Source: an uncultured Clostridia bacterium (lineage in GTDB: Bacteria > Bacillota > Clostridia > Christensenellales > Aristaeellaceae). From it: a DNA stretch of 64,000 nucleotides. A model generated the notes under the pieces. It saw only the letters and a list, made by a program, of their open reading frames with translations, had not been told where the DNA came from and did no database searches. This document shows positions 43,394-51,897 of this stretch, in pieces; the first letter of the stretch is position 1; every line of letters begins with the position of its first letter. The translations under genes were made by a program, and so were the position numbers. The stretch is from NCBI GenBank assembly GCA_934675735.1, contig CAKURR010000013.1:11277-75276 (forward strand), written 5' to 3'.

Positions 43394-44353
43394 TTATTCT
43401 TCGAGGAGGTGATAGATGCTTTCCATGTTCTGATAATCCTGGTCGAGCATGGCCTGGAAGTCGGCGGCGCTGAGATAAGCGGCCGGGAAGCCCGCGTTGT
43501 CAAACGCAGCCAGCACGTCCGGATCTTCCATAACTTTCTTGAGCGCGTCGCTCAGGATGGTAACGACCTCGTCCGGCGTGCCCTTCGGCACGGCGTAGCC
43601 GCGATACGCGCCGTAGACGAACGGGTCAAAGCCCGCTTCTTCAACGGTCGGCACATCCGGCAGAGCCGCGGTGCGCTCGTTCGCGCAGACAGCCAGCGGA
43701 ACGATCTTGCCGTCGGCAATCAGGGTCGCCGCGCCGCCGTAGGTGGTGAAGCCCATCTGCACGTGGCCGCCGGCCAGCTGCACAACCTGCTCGGAGGAGC
43801 CGTTGGTGTGAACATATTCAAAGTTCACGCCGAACTGCTGAGCGAAAATCAGGCTGGCGATGTGGTGAGAGGTGGAGAAGCCCGGGGTGGAGTTGGTCAG
43901 GATGCCTTCCTGACCGGCCTTCATCAGCTCGGCGAGCGTCGTGAAGCCGGAATCGGCGGAAGCGACGATGACCTCGGGATCATAGCAGACCTGACCGACC
44001 GCAATCGCATCTTCCATGCCGTACTCGGTGTCGCCGGAGAGAACGTTGGTGACGAAGCTGGAGGTCAGCGCCAGAACGGTGTAGCCGTCGGGCGCCTGAT
44101 TGAGGGCGTAGGTCTGGCCGATGATGGCGCCGCCGCCTTCCTTGCATTCCACAACGACGTTGGTGTCGAGCACCTTGCCCAGCGCGTCGGCGACGATGCG
44201 GGTCGTCAAATCGACGTTGCCGCCCGCCTTAAACGGAACGATAATGGTGATGGTTTTGCCGTTCGGGAAATTGGTTTCCGCGCTTGCCGCCGCGCAGCAG
44301 AACACGAGCGCCAGAGCAGCAAACAGAGCAACGATTCGGGACAGTTTCTTCAT
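43394..44353 (-). CDS. tctC: tripartite tricarboxylate transporter substrate-binding protein (Bug/TctC family)
   Basis: 319 aa with a signal peptide (MKKLSRIVALFAALALVFCCAAASA) and Bug-family core (KPGGNVDL-like AGGNVDLTTRIVA, PGFSTSHH). Confidence 0.85.
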   Translation of the reverse strand: MKKLSRIVALFAALALVFCCAAASAETNFPNGKTITIIVPFKAGGNVDLTTRIVADALGKVLDTNVVVECKEGGGAIIGQTYALNQAPDGYTVLALTSSFVTNVLSGDTEYGMEDAIAVGQVCYDPEVIVASADSGFTTLAELMKAGQEGILTNSTPGFSTSHHIASLIFAQQFGVNFEYVHTNGSSEQVVQLAGGHVQMGFTTYGGAATLIADGKIVPLAVCANERTAALPDVPTVEEAGFDPFVYGAYRGYAVPKGTPDEVVTILSDALKKVMEDPDVLAAFDNAGFPAAYLSAADFQAMLDQDYQNMESIYHLLEE

Positions 44354-44381
44354 AAGAACGTGCCACCTTTCTAAAAATTCC

Positions 44382-44406
44382 GTTCACGTACTTGTCCGTC
44401 GTGAAC
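44382..44406. promoter_or_regulatory. perfect 7-bp dyad GTTCACG-N11-CGTGAAC in the tctC leader
   Basis: It lies between the predicted -10 (44424-44419) and the tctC SD. It is either an operator candidate for the adjacent LysR regulator or a leader hairpin. Confidence 0.45.
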
Positions 44407-44418
44407 CTTTCTGATGAA

Positions 44419-44448
44419 ATTGTAGCATGATGCACAGAAAATGTACAA
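44419..44448 (-). promoter_or_regulatory. candidate promoter of tctCBA and downstream genes
   Basis: On the minus strand: TTGTAC (44448-44443), an 18-nt spacer, then TACAAT (44424-44419), inside an AT-rich 400-nt spacer. Confidence 0.55.
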
Positions 44449-44756
44449 TTCGACTTTGTGATATCGGGCATAACAAAATGTGATAATCGTCTATTTTTGC
44501 AAAGATTTTTTTATGTGTTTTTTCGTTTTCGGCGCGTTTTGGCGCGTCCGTTTGGCGAATTTGCCACATTCTTGTCAACATTTTCGACCCGTTTCGACCT
44601 GTCGCTCCGCATTTCCCTTCCAAACAAAGGGATATCAAAAAATCATCCGGTTTTTCCGAATTGTTTTTGTGAATAATTTGTTTATCATCTTTTTAGCCGA
44701 TATAAGAATATAATTATCGTTTTTCTGTTTCTGCGCCGTTTTACCTTATTTCACCG

Positions 44757-44803
44757 TTAAAAAGAAAAAAAGAAAAGCGGGCCTGTCAAGCTGACAAGCC
44801 CGC
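44757..44803 (-). terminator. rho-independent terminator after the LysR gene
   Basis: GCGGGCTTGTCAG / CTTGACAGGCCCGC stem on the minus strand, followed by TTTTCTTTTTTTCTTTTT. Confidence 0.75.
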
Positions 44804-44836
44804 CCGATAAAAAAACGTTTGAGTTTTGTGGCCCGA

Positions 44837-44904
44837 AGGTTTCCAAAGAGGTTTTCGGCCGTTGCCGCCTGCGGCGGAAACAAACGACAGAAAACGGAAA
44901 GCCC
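44837..44904 (+). repeat. 67-nt module (AGGTTTCCAAAGAGGTTTTCGG..GCCGCCTGCGGCGG..AAAGCCC), copy 1
   Basis: Other copies at 50214-50280 (direct) and 22356-22422 (inverted). Confidence 0.85.
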
Positions 44905-44934
44905 TTTGGTGGGACGATGGGGCAACGCCCCATC

Positions 44935-45849
44935 TTACGCTTCCGGCGACCACTTGAGCGATGTGGCGATATCGATGAATTTCTGTAAATCGGGGTTCTC
45001 CTCCGCGCCGAAGGCACAGGCCACATACAGCTTGCGCAGCAGGCGGTTTTTGCCGATGTGGCAGTAGCAGGGCTGCTGCGTCGGCGAGCACAGGCGAACG
45101 GTCGTCTCCGGTATGAAAGCCAGGCCCGTGTCGTGAAAGACCAGATTGTTGGCGTTTTCCGTGCTCTTGCAGTAAAGCGTGATGTTCGGCCTGAACCCCG
45201 CCTTCTTCGCTTCGTTCATCAGCATCACGCCGATGCGCCGCTTGCCCTCATACGAAATGAAGCTTTCATCCTTGAAATCGGCCAGCTCCGCAACGGGTCT
45301 GCCGTCCGCGGCAAGGGGCAGGCCCGCAATCGCGGGGTGATTCGGCGGCAGGGCCAGAAAAATCTCTTCCTGATAGATTTCGTGCACCGAAAGCATTTGC
45401 GGCAAAGGATCCATCACAATCGCCGCATCCAGCTTCTTGTTTTCAATCTCTTCGATGAGCGTGTTGGTGAAGCCGTCCACAATATCCAGCTCCACGTCGG
45501 GCCGCACCTTGCGAAAGAGCGAAACAATGCGCATCAGAAAAAAGCGCTGATACGACGGCGCAGCGCCCAGCCGCAGCGTCGCCGTCTCTCCCCGCGAAAG
45601 CGCGTTGAGCCGATTGAGCATGTGATCCTCCAGCTCCAGCATGCGCCGCGCGTCCGCAACGATGATTTCCCCCGCCTTGGTCAGCTTGGTCTTTTTGTTG
45701 TGCTCGAAAACGGGCATGCCGATTTCCTGCTCCAAACGCTGAATGGCCTGGCTGAGCGCGGGCTGCGTCACATATAAAACCTCTGCCGCCTTGGAATAGC
45801 TTCCACAATCAACAATCGTGGTCAAATAACGAAGGGTCGACAGTTTCAT
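44935..45849 (-). CDS. LysR-family transcriptional regulator
   Basis: N-terminal HTH MKLSTLRYLTTIVDCGSYSKAAEVLYVTQPALSQAIQRLEQEIG plus a LysR substrate-binding domain. Confidence 0.9.
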   Translation of the reverse strand: MKLSTLRYLTTIVDCGSYSKAAEVLYVTQPALSQAIQRLEQEIGMPVFEHNKKTKLTKAGEIIVADARRMLELEDHMLNRLNALSRGETATLRLGAAPSYQRFFLMRIVSLFRKVRPDVELDIVDGFTNTLIEEIENKKLDAAIVMDPLPQMLSVHEIYQEEIFLALPPNHPAIAGLPLAADGRPVAELADFKDESFISYEGKRRIGVMLMNEAKKAGFRPNITLYCKSTENANNLVFHDTGLAFIPETTVRLCSPTQQPCYCHIGKNRLLRKLYVACAFGAEENPDLQKFIDIATSLKWSPEA

Positions 45850-46019
45850 CGCAAAATCACCTTATCTAATCATCCTATTTATTTTTTATTATAGCATATT
45901 TTCTATGACAAGACCAGCAAAAAAAAAATAAACAATGGGAAAAAGCCCCCTTTCCGACCTTTTGAGCCGAAAAGTTGGCGTTTTCCCATTGACTTTATTT
46001 GTTTTAACCGTAAAAAAGT

Positions 46020-46047
46020 GGGAAATCCAAGAACCTCAGGTTCTTGG
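46020..46047 (-). repeat. 28-mer CCAAGAACCTGAGGTTCTTGGATTTCCC, inverted copy
   Basis: Exact reverse complement of the 28-mer at 27833-27860. Confidence 0.95.
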
Positions 46048-46278
46048 TGAGGATTGAAGCCATGCTCCCGCTGTGCGGGAGACAGCATGGCGGAAATCGG
46101 AAATCGCAAGGAGCCGGAACGGCGTTCGTGAAACGGGCGCGTCTGCCGCAGGCAGAGGACAGCGCCCCTATGCGAGTTTCCCGTCCTTTGGGGCAAAGCC
46201 CCATCGTTTCCCCTATCGCGAAGCGAACCCCAGCGCGCGTCAGGGAGCGAAGCGTTACCTGACGCCGGAAACGCCGCT

Positions 46279-48207
46279 TTATTTCTGCGCGTCCCGAATG
46301 GCGTTGAGCAAACCGCCGTGCAGCAGCAGCTCGGCCTCATGCGGCGTAATATCCAGCCGAAGCGGGATGTCGCGCCCCGTCGTCTCGTCGCGAAGGATGA
46401 CGCGGCCGCTTTGCAGCGCGCCGTGCAGCGACGCAAAGGCCAGCACGTCGCCCTCGCCGATGGCGTCGTAATCCGCGCCGCTTTCAAACGTCAGCGGCAG
46501 AATGCCGAAATTTATCAGGTTCGAGCGGTGGATGCGCGCAATGCTCTTGGCAATCACCGCGCAAACGCCCAGATAGCGCGGCATGACGGCGGCATGCTCG
46601 CGGCTCGAACCCTGCCCGTAGTTTTCGCCCGCCACAATCACGGGATTGGCGCATCTGCGCGCGCGCTCCGCGAAATCCGGCACAAGGCGGATGAACGTCG
46701 ATTTGGATGCCTCCGGTATGTTCGCGCGCAGCGACACATACTGCGGCCCGGCGGGCGCAATCTCGTCGGTGGAGACGTGATCCCCCAGCTTAATCACCAC
46801 GTCCGAACGCATCGCGTCCGGCAGCGCGTCAAACACGGGCATGGGGCGGATGTTCGGCCCGCGCACGATTTCCGTGCCGCGCCCGTCCTTCGGCGGGAAA
46901 ATCAGCATCGCGTCATCCTGCTCGTAAACGTCCGGCTCGTGCACCTGCGCCAAAATCGCGGGGTCGATGACCTCGTCGGCGCTCGCCAGCCGCCCCAGCA
47001 CCGCGCAGGCCGCCGCCGATTCCGTCGAGGCCAGATACACGGAGGAATCCACCGTGCCGCAGCGCCCCTTGAAGTTGCGGTTGGAGGTGCGCACGGAAAC
47101 GCCGCCCGTCCGCACGGATTGGCCCATGCCCACGCACGGCCCGCAGCCGCATTCCAGAATGCGCGCGCCGCTCTGCACAAAGATATCCATGCTCCCATCC
47201 TCGATGAGCATGCGGTAAATCTGCCGCGTGCCGGGGCTGACCACCAGGCTCACGTTTGGCGCGGCGACATGCCCCTTGAGCACGAGCGCCGCGCGGCGCA
47301 GATCGCTGTATGAGCTGTTGGTGCAGCTGCCGATATACACCTGATCCACCGCAACCTTTTCCGCCTCGTCAATCGGGCAGACGTGGTCGGGCAGGTGCGG
47401 CAGCGCGACCATCGGGCGGATATCCGACAGGCAGCACTCGATTTCCTCGTCGTAGGCCGCGTCGTCCGAGGCCGCCAGCGGCACGTAATCCGCCGCGCGC
47501 CCGTTCGCCGTCAGATACGCCTTGAGCACGTCATCCGACGGAAACACGGAGGACGTCGCACCCGTCTCCGCGCCCATGTTGGCCAGCGTCATGCGCTGGG
47601 GCACGGTCAGGTTTTTCAGCCCTTCGCCCGCGTATTCGAGCACCTTGCCCTTGCCGCCCGCCACGCCGATTTGGCCGACGAGCCGGAGCGCCGCGTCCTT
47701 GGCGCTCACGCCCGGGCGCAGCGCGCCCGTCACGCGCACCCGAACCACCTTCGGCATGCTCAGCCGCAAGGGGAAACCGGCCATCGCCGCCGCCACGTCA
47801 ATGCCGCCCACGCCGATGCCCAGCATGCCCGCCGCGCCTGCGGAGGGCGTGTGGCTGTCGTTGCCGATGAGGATTTTGCCGGGCTTGGAAAACCGCCCCA
47901 GATGCACGAGGTGGCAGATGCCGTTGCCCGCGCGGGAGAGCACAAGGCCGTATTTCTCCGCAATGGTTTTGAGATACGTGTGGTCGTCCGGATTTTTATA
48001 ATCCATGTACACCATGTTGTGATCCACATAGCTGACGGAAAGCTCCGTTTTCACCCGCTCGATGCCCATGCTTTCAAACGCGATGTAGCAGAGCATGCCC
48101 AGCGCATCCTGGGTCAGGGTCTGGTCTACGCGGAGCGCAATCTCTTCCCCCGTCTCCAGCGTGCCGGAAACGAGGTGCGCCGCCAAAATCTGCCGCGTGA
48201 TGTTCAC
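46279..48207 (-). CDS. aconitase-family hydro-lyase, fused large plus swivel domains (paralogue 2)
   Basis: Motifs GNDSHTPSAGAAG, IGSCTNSSYSDL, CGCGPCVGMG (Fe-S ligands) and the swivel-domain GENYGQGSSREHAA. The GTG start 48207 (VNITRQILAAH) aligns with the N-terminus of paralogue 1 and overlaps its stop as GTGA, with AAGGAAGG upstream. Confidence 0.85.
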   Translation of the reverse strand: MNITRQILAAHLVSGTLETGEEIALRVDQTLTQDALGMLCYIAFESMGIERVKTELSVSYVDHNMVYMDYKNPDDHTYLKTIAEKYGLVLSRAGNGICHLVHLGRFSKPGKILIGNDSHTPSAGAAGMLGIGVGGIDVAAAMAGFPLRLSMPKVVRVRVTGALRPGVSAKDAALRLVGQIGVAGGKGKVLEYAGEGLKNLTVPQRMTLANMGAETGATSSVFPSDDVLKAYLTANGRAADYVPLAASDDAAYDEEIECCLSDIRPMVALPHLPDHVCPIDEAEKVAVDQVYIGSCTNSSYSDLRRAALVLKGHVAAPNVSLVVSPGTRQIYRMLIEDGSMDIFVQSGARILECGCGPCVGMGQSVRTGGVSVRTSNRNFKGRCGTVDSSVYLASTESAAACAVLGRLASADEVIDPAILAQVHEPDVYEQDDAMLIFPPKDGRGTEIVRGPNIRPMPVFDALPDAMRSDVVIKLGDHVSTDEIAPAGPQYVSLRANIPEASKSTFIRLVPDFAERARRCANPVIVAGENYGQGSSREHAAVMPRYLGVCAVIAKSIARIHRSNLINFGILPLTFESGADYDAIGEGDVLAFASLHGALQSGRVILRDETTGRDIPLRLDITPHEAELLLHGGLLNAIRDAQK

Positions 48208-50126
48208 GATTGCCCGCCTTCCTTTCGCCGCGCGCATACCCACGGCACCAGACCGCCCGCGCGCCAAATCTCCTTTTCGCGCTCCGTCATCGCCGCTTTG
48301 ACGATGATGTCGCAGCCCCGCGTCAAGTTGCGCACGGTGATGCGCTCCCCCGCCGCCAGCTGCTCCCGAACATGCGCAATGCTCAGTTTGTCGCCCCGCT
48401 CAATCAAAGCTCTGTCCTCCGCCCGCTCGAAAATCAGCGGCAGAACGCCGTAATTGATGAGGTTCGCCCGATGAATGCGGTGCATGGAAACCGCAAGCAC
48501 GGCTTCCACGCCGAGCACCATGCAGCCGATGGCCGCATGCTCGCGGCTCGAGCCCTGCGCATAGTTCGCCCCGCCGACGATAATCGAGCTGCCCATCGCC
48601 TTGGCGCGCTCGGGGAAGGTCGGGTCGATATGGGCGAACAGGTGCTCCGCCAGCGCGGGAATGTTGGTTCTGAGCGTAAGCACATGCTGCTGAGGCGGCA
48701 CGATGTCATCCGTGGAAATGCCGTCTCCCAGACTCAGCACGACCTCCGCTTCGATGCTCTCCGGCGGCTTTTCCCGCACGGGGAGCGGGCGGATGTTGTC
48801 ACCCATCAGAATCGGCGCGTTCGAGGGCGCGTATTCCACATAGCCGGGCATCTTTTCACGCTGCTCTTCATCTGGAATCGCCGCCAGCGCTTCATAGCCC
48901 GAAAGCTCAAACGGCGAGGTCAGCGTGCCGCTGACAGCCGAGGCCGCCGCCGTCTCCGCGCTGCACAAAAACATGCGCGCGTCGCCCGTGCCCGAGCGGC
49001 CGGGAAAGTTGCGGTTCGTGCTGCGCAGAATGGTCGCCCCGGGCTCGGGCATCTGCCCGATGCCCATGCACGGGCCGCAGCCGCATTCCAGCACGCGGAC
49101 GCCCGCTTCCAGATAGACGCTCAGCCAGCCGTTTTTCTGCAAAGCATTCATGATTTCGCGGCTGCCGCACTGCAAAAAGACGTTGACATCCGGCGAGACG
49201 CGCCTGCCGCGGAGCAGCGCCGCCGCGCGCGCCAAATCGATATACGAGCCGTTGGTGCAGCTGCCGATGACAATCTGCGAAAAGCTTTCCCGCTCGGCCT
49301 GCGAAATCGGCACGCCGTAATCCGGTTCGCCCGGCAGGGCGACCATCGGCTCGACCTCGGTCAGATTCAGCCGGATTTCGCTGTCATAAACCGCGTCCGC
49401 GTCGGCGGCAAGGGGCTTATACTGCGCTTCTCTGCCCCGCGCGGCCAAAAAGCGGCGGGTCGTCTCATCCGACGGGAACACGGAGGACGTCGCGCCCGCT
49501 TCCGCGCCCATGTTGCACAGCGTCGCCCGCTGGTGGATGGAAAGCGACGCCGCGCCCTCGCCGCCGTACTCCGCCACGCAGCCCAGAAAGCCCTTGACGC
49601 CAATCTTCGCCAGCAGCGCCAGCGCCGCATCTTTGGCGCTCACGCCCGGGCGGAGCGCGCCTTCCAGCGTGACGCGCACCACGCGCGGCTCAGAGAAGAA
49701 CACCGGCACGCCGCTCATGGCGACGGCGATATCCATGCCGCCCATGCCCACGCCCAGCATGCCCAGCGCGCCCGCCGTCGCCGTGTGGCTGTCCGCGCCC
49801 GCGAGCAGGCAGCCCGGGCGCGCGAAATCGTGATAATACAGGCTGTGGCAAATGCCGTGCCCCGGCTCGGAATACACCGCGCCGTAACGCTTTGCACAGC
49901 TGCGCATAAAGCGCTGATCTGCCGCCGTGGACGGCGACATGCCCACCAGATTGTGGTCGTTGAAGATAAACGCCCGCTCCACATTGATGCGGGGCAGATT
50001 CATCGCGCCGAACCCCATGAACGCCAGCAGGCCGGACATATCGTGCACCAGCGTGTGGTCCGGCAGATAGCCGCCGTCCGCCGTTCGGTGCGCGCTCAAG
50101 ATTTTTTCAGTCAGCGTCTGACCCAT
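48204..50126 (-). CDS. aconitase-family hydro-lyase, fused large plus swivel domains (paralogue 1)
   Basis: Motifs GADSHTATAGALG, IGSCTNGSYIDL, CGCGPCMGIG and GANYGQGSSREHAA. GGAGGAGAAC lies before ATG 50126 (MGQTLTEKILSAH). Confidence 0.85.
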   Translation of the reverse strand: MGQTLTEKILSAHRTADGGYLPDHTLVHDMSGLLAFMGFGAMNLPRINVERAFIFNDHNLVGMSPSTAADQRFMRSCAKRYGAVYSEPGHGICHSLYYHDFARPGCLLAGADSHTATAGALGMLGVGMGGMDIAVAMSGVPVFFSEPRVVRVTLEGALRPGVSAKDAALALLAKIGVKGFLGCVAEYGGEGAASLSIHQRATLCNMGAEAGATSSVFPSDETTRRFLAARGREAQYKPLAADADAVYDSEIRLNLTEVEPMVALPGEPDYGVPISQAERESFSQIVIGSCTNGSYIDLARAAALLRGRRVSPDVNVFLQCGSREIMNALQKNGWLSVYLEAGVRVLECGCGPCMGIGQMPEPGATILRSTNRNFPGRSGTGDARMFLCSAETAAASAVSGTLTSPFELSGYEALAAIPDEEQREKMPGYVEYAPSNAPILMGDNIRPLPVREKPPESIEAEVVLSLGDGISTDDIVPPQQHVLTLRTNIPALAEHLFAHIDPTFPERAKAMGSSIIVGGANYAQGSSREHAAIGCMVLGVEAVLAVSMHRIHRANLINYGVLPLIFERAEDRALIERGDKLSIAHVREQLAAGERITVRNLTRGCDIIVKAAMTEREKEIWRAGGLVPWVCARRKEGGQS

Positions 50127-50163
50127 GTTCTCCTCCGTCTGTCCATTAAGGTATAGGAAAAAA

Positions 50164-50350
50164 GGAGCTGTCAAGCTGATAAATCTGATATTTCAAGAAT
50201 AGCTAAGTATTTTAGGTTTCCAAAGAGGTTTTCGGTCGTTGCCGCCTGCGGCGGAAACAAACGACAGAAAACGAAAGCCCCATATCTCCTAAGACGGAGT
50301 AATACCCGGAAAATTGCCTCTTGAAATGTTCAGTTTAAGCCTGACAGCAC
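50164..50350. repeat. long-hairpin element E2 with a nested insertion
   Basis: The arms GGAGCTGTCAAGC..ATTTCAAGAATA (50164-50200) and TCTTGAAAT..GCCTGACAGCACC (50319-50350) are homologous to E1. The interior carries the 67-nt module at 50214-50280. Confidence 0.8.
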
Positions 50351-50381
50351 CGATTGCTCGCTTAACTGCCGCCCGACAGCG

Positions 50382-51551
50382 TTAAATTCTCGCCACGCCG
50401 GTCTCGCGGGCCGCCTTCATCACGGCGTCCGCCACGGCGCGGGCCACGCGCTTATCCAGCGCATCCGGCAGAATGTAATCCACGGAGAGCTTGTCGCCCA
50501 CCAAATCGGAGAGCGCATGGGACGCGGCCATCTTCATCTCTTCGTTGATGCAGGTGGCGCGGCAGTCCAGCGCGCCGCGGAAAATGCCGGGGAAAGCCAT
50601 CACGTTGTTGATTTGGTTCGGGAAGTCGCTGCGGCCCGTGCCCACAACCGCCGCGCCCGCGGCCTTCGCCTCGTCGGGCATGATTTCGGGCACCGGATTC
50701 GCCATCGCAAAGACAATCGGGTCTTTGGCCATCGAGCGAACCATGTCCTGCGTCAGCACGCCGGGCGCGCTCACGCCGATGAACACATCCGCGTCCTTCA
50801 CCGCGTCGGCCAGCTTGCCGCGCAGATGCTCGCGGTTGGTGACCTTAGCCATCTCCGCCTGCGCCGGATTCAGCTCTTCCATGCCCTCGTCGATGATGCC
50901 GAAGCGGTCAACCAGCGTCAAATGCTTCACGCCCAGGTTCAGCATGTGCTTGGAAATCGCGATGCCCGCGCTGCCCGCGCCGTTGAGCACCACGCGCGCC
51001 GTGCCGATATCCCTGCCCGTCACCTTGAGCGCGCCGAGCAGCGCGGCGGCGACGACGACGGCCGTGCCGTGCTGGTCGTCGTGGAAAACGGGGATATCGC
51101 AGATTTCCTTCAGCCGACGCTCGATTTCAAAGCAGCGCGGCGCGGCGATATCCTCCAGATTGATGCCGCCGAAGGAACCGGCCAGCAGGCTGATGGTCTG
51201 CACGATTTCGTCCACATTCTTGGAGCGGACGCAGAGCGGGAACGCATCCACGTCGGCAAACGCCTTAAACAGCGCGCACTTGCCCTCCATGACGGGCATG
51301 CCCGCCTCCGGCCCGATATCGCCCAGACCAAGCACCGCGGTGCCGTCCGTGATGACGGCGACCAGATTGGCGCGGCGCGTCAGCTCGTAGGATTTGTTCA
51401 CGTCGTCATGAATGACCATGCAGGCTTCCGCAACGCCCGGGGTATACGCCAGGGACAGGTCGTGGCGGTCGTTGATGGGCGCGCGGGAAATGACCTCGAT
51501 TTTGCCCTTCCACTCATAGTGCTTGGCCAGCGATTCTTCACGGATATTCAT
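50382..51551 (-). CDS. NAD(P)-dependent malic enzyme (short form)
   Basis: 389 aa. Motifs HDLSLAYTPGVA, GTAVLGLGDIGPEAGMPVMEGK, FGGINLEDI, FHDDQHGTA and GAGSAG. The SD AAAGG lies 9 nt before ATG 51551. Confidence 0.9.
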   Translation of the reverse strand: MNIREESLAKHYEWKGKIEVISRAPINDRHDLSLAYTPGVAEACMVIHDDVNKSYELTRRANLVAVITDGTAVLGLGDIGPEAGMPVMEGKCALFKAFADVDAFPLCVRSKNVDEIVQTISLLAGSFGGINLEDIAAPRCFEIERRLKEICDIPVFHDDQHGTAVVVAAALLGALKVTGRDIGTARVVLNGAGSAGIAISKHMLNLGVKHLTLVDRFGIIDEGMEELNPAQAEMAKVTNREHLRGKLADAVKDADVFIGVSAPGVLTQDMVRSMAKDPIVFAMANPVPEIMPDEAKAAGAAVVGTGRSDFPNQINNVMAFPGIFRGALDCRATCINEEMKMAASHALSDLVGDKLSVDYILPDALDKRVARAVADAVMKAARETGVARI

Positions 51552-51747
51552 GTGTTTCATCCTTTCTTTGCTCGAATATGAAAGCGTCTGTTTGGTACAG
51601 TCTTTTGAATTTCGACTTCTTTTTTGTTTAATCTTACCATATATTCGTCGCAAAGTAAAATTCGTTTTCATGATTGAATCAATAAGCAAATGTGATGACG
51701 GCCCGCGCGGCGGCCATTTTTCTGGACACCAGCTTAAAATATAAGAA

Positions 51748-51897
51748 TCAGGTTATCACTATGGATACTTCTCTGAATTTAGCGGGAGGCATCCATTTTG
51801 TTTTAGCTTGAATTCTACTGTTATTGTAATAGTCGATATAATCTGCAATGGCCTTGGAGAAAGCTTCAAAGGAAGGATAGTTCTTCTCAAAACCATA
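51748..51897 (-). mobile_element. IS3-family transposase (OrfB) C-terminal remnant, about 50 codons
   Basis: My own translation of the minus frame ending at TGA 51750-51748 is YGFEKNYPSFEAFSKAIADYIDYYNNSRIQAKTKWMPPAKFREVSIVIT. The xIxxYIxYYNxxRxQ..L..xxPxxFR tail is typical of IS3/IS150 integrase-core proteins. There is no upstream coding continuation. The segment is AT-rich, and the hairpin CCCCCAATACCGG/CCGGTATTAGGGGG at 51904-51934 lies at the break. Confidence 0.7.

Noticed and set aside
44382-44406. Calling the tctC-leader dyad a canonical LysR T-N11-A box.
   Set aside because: The dyad spans 25 bp (7+11+7), which is longer than the classical 15-bp LTTR box. It is reported only as an operator or hairpin candidate.
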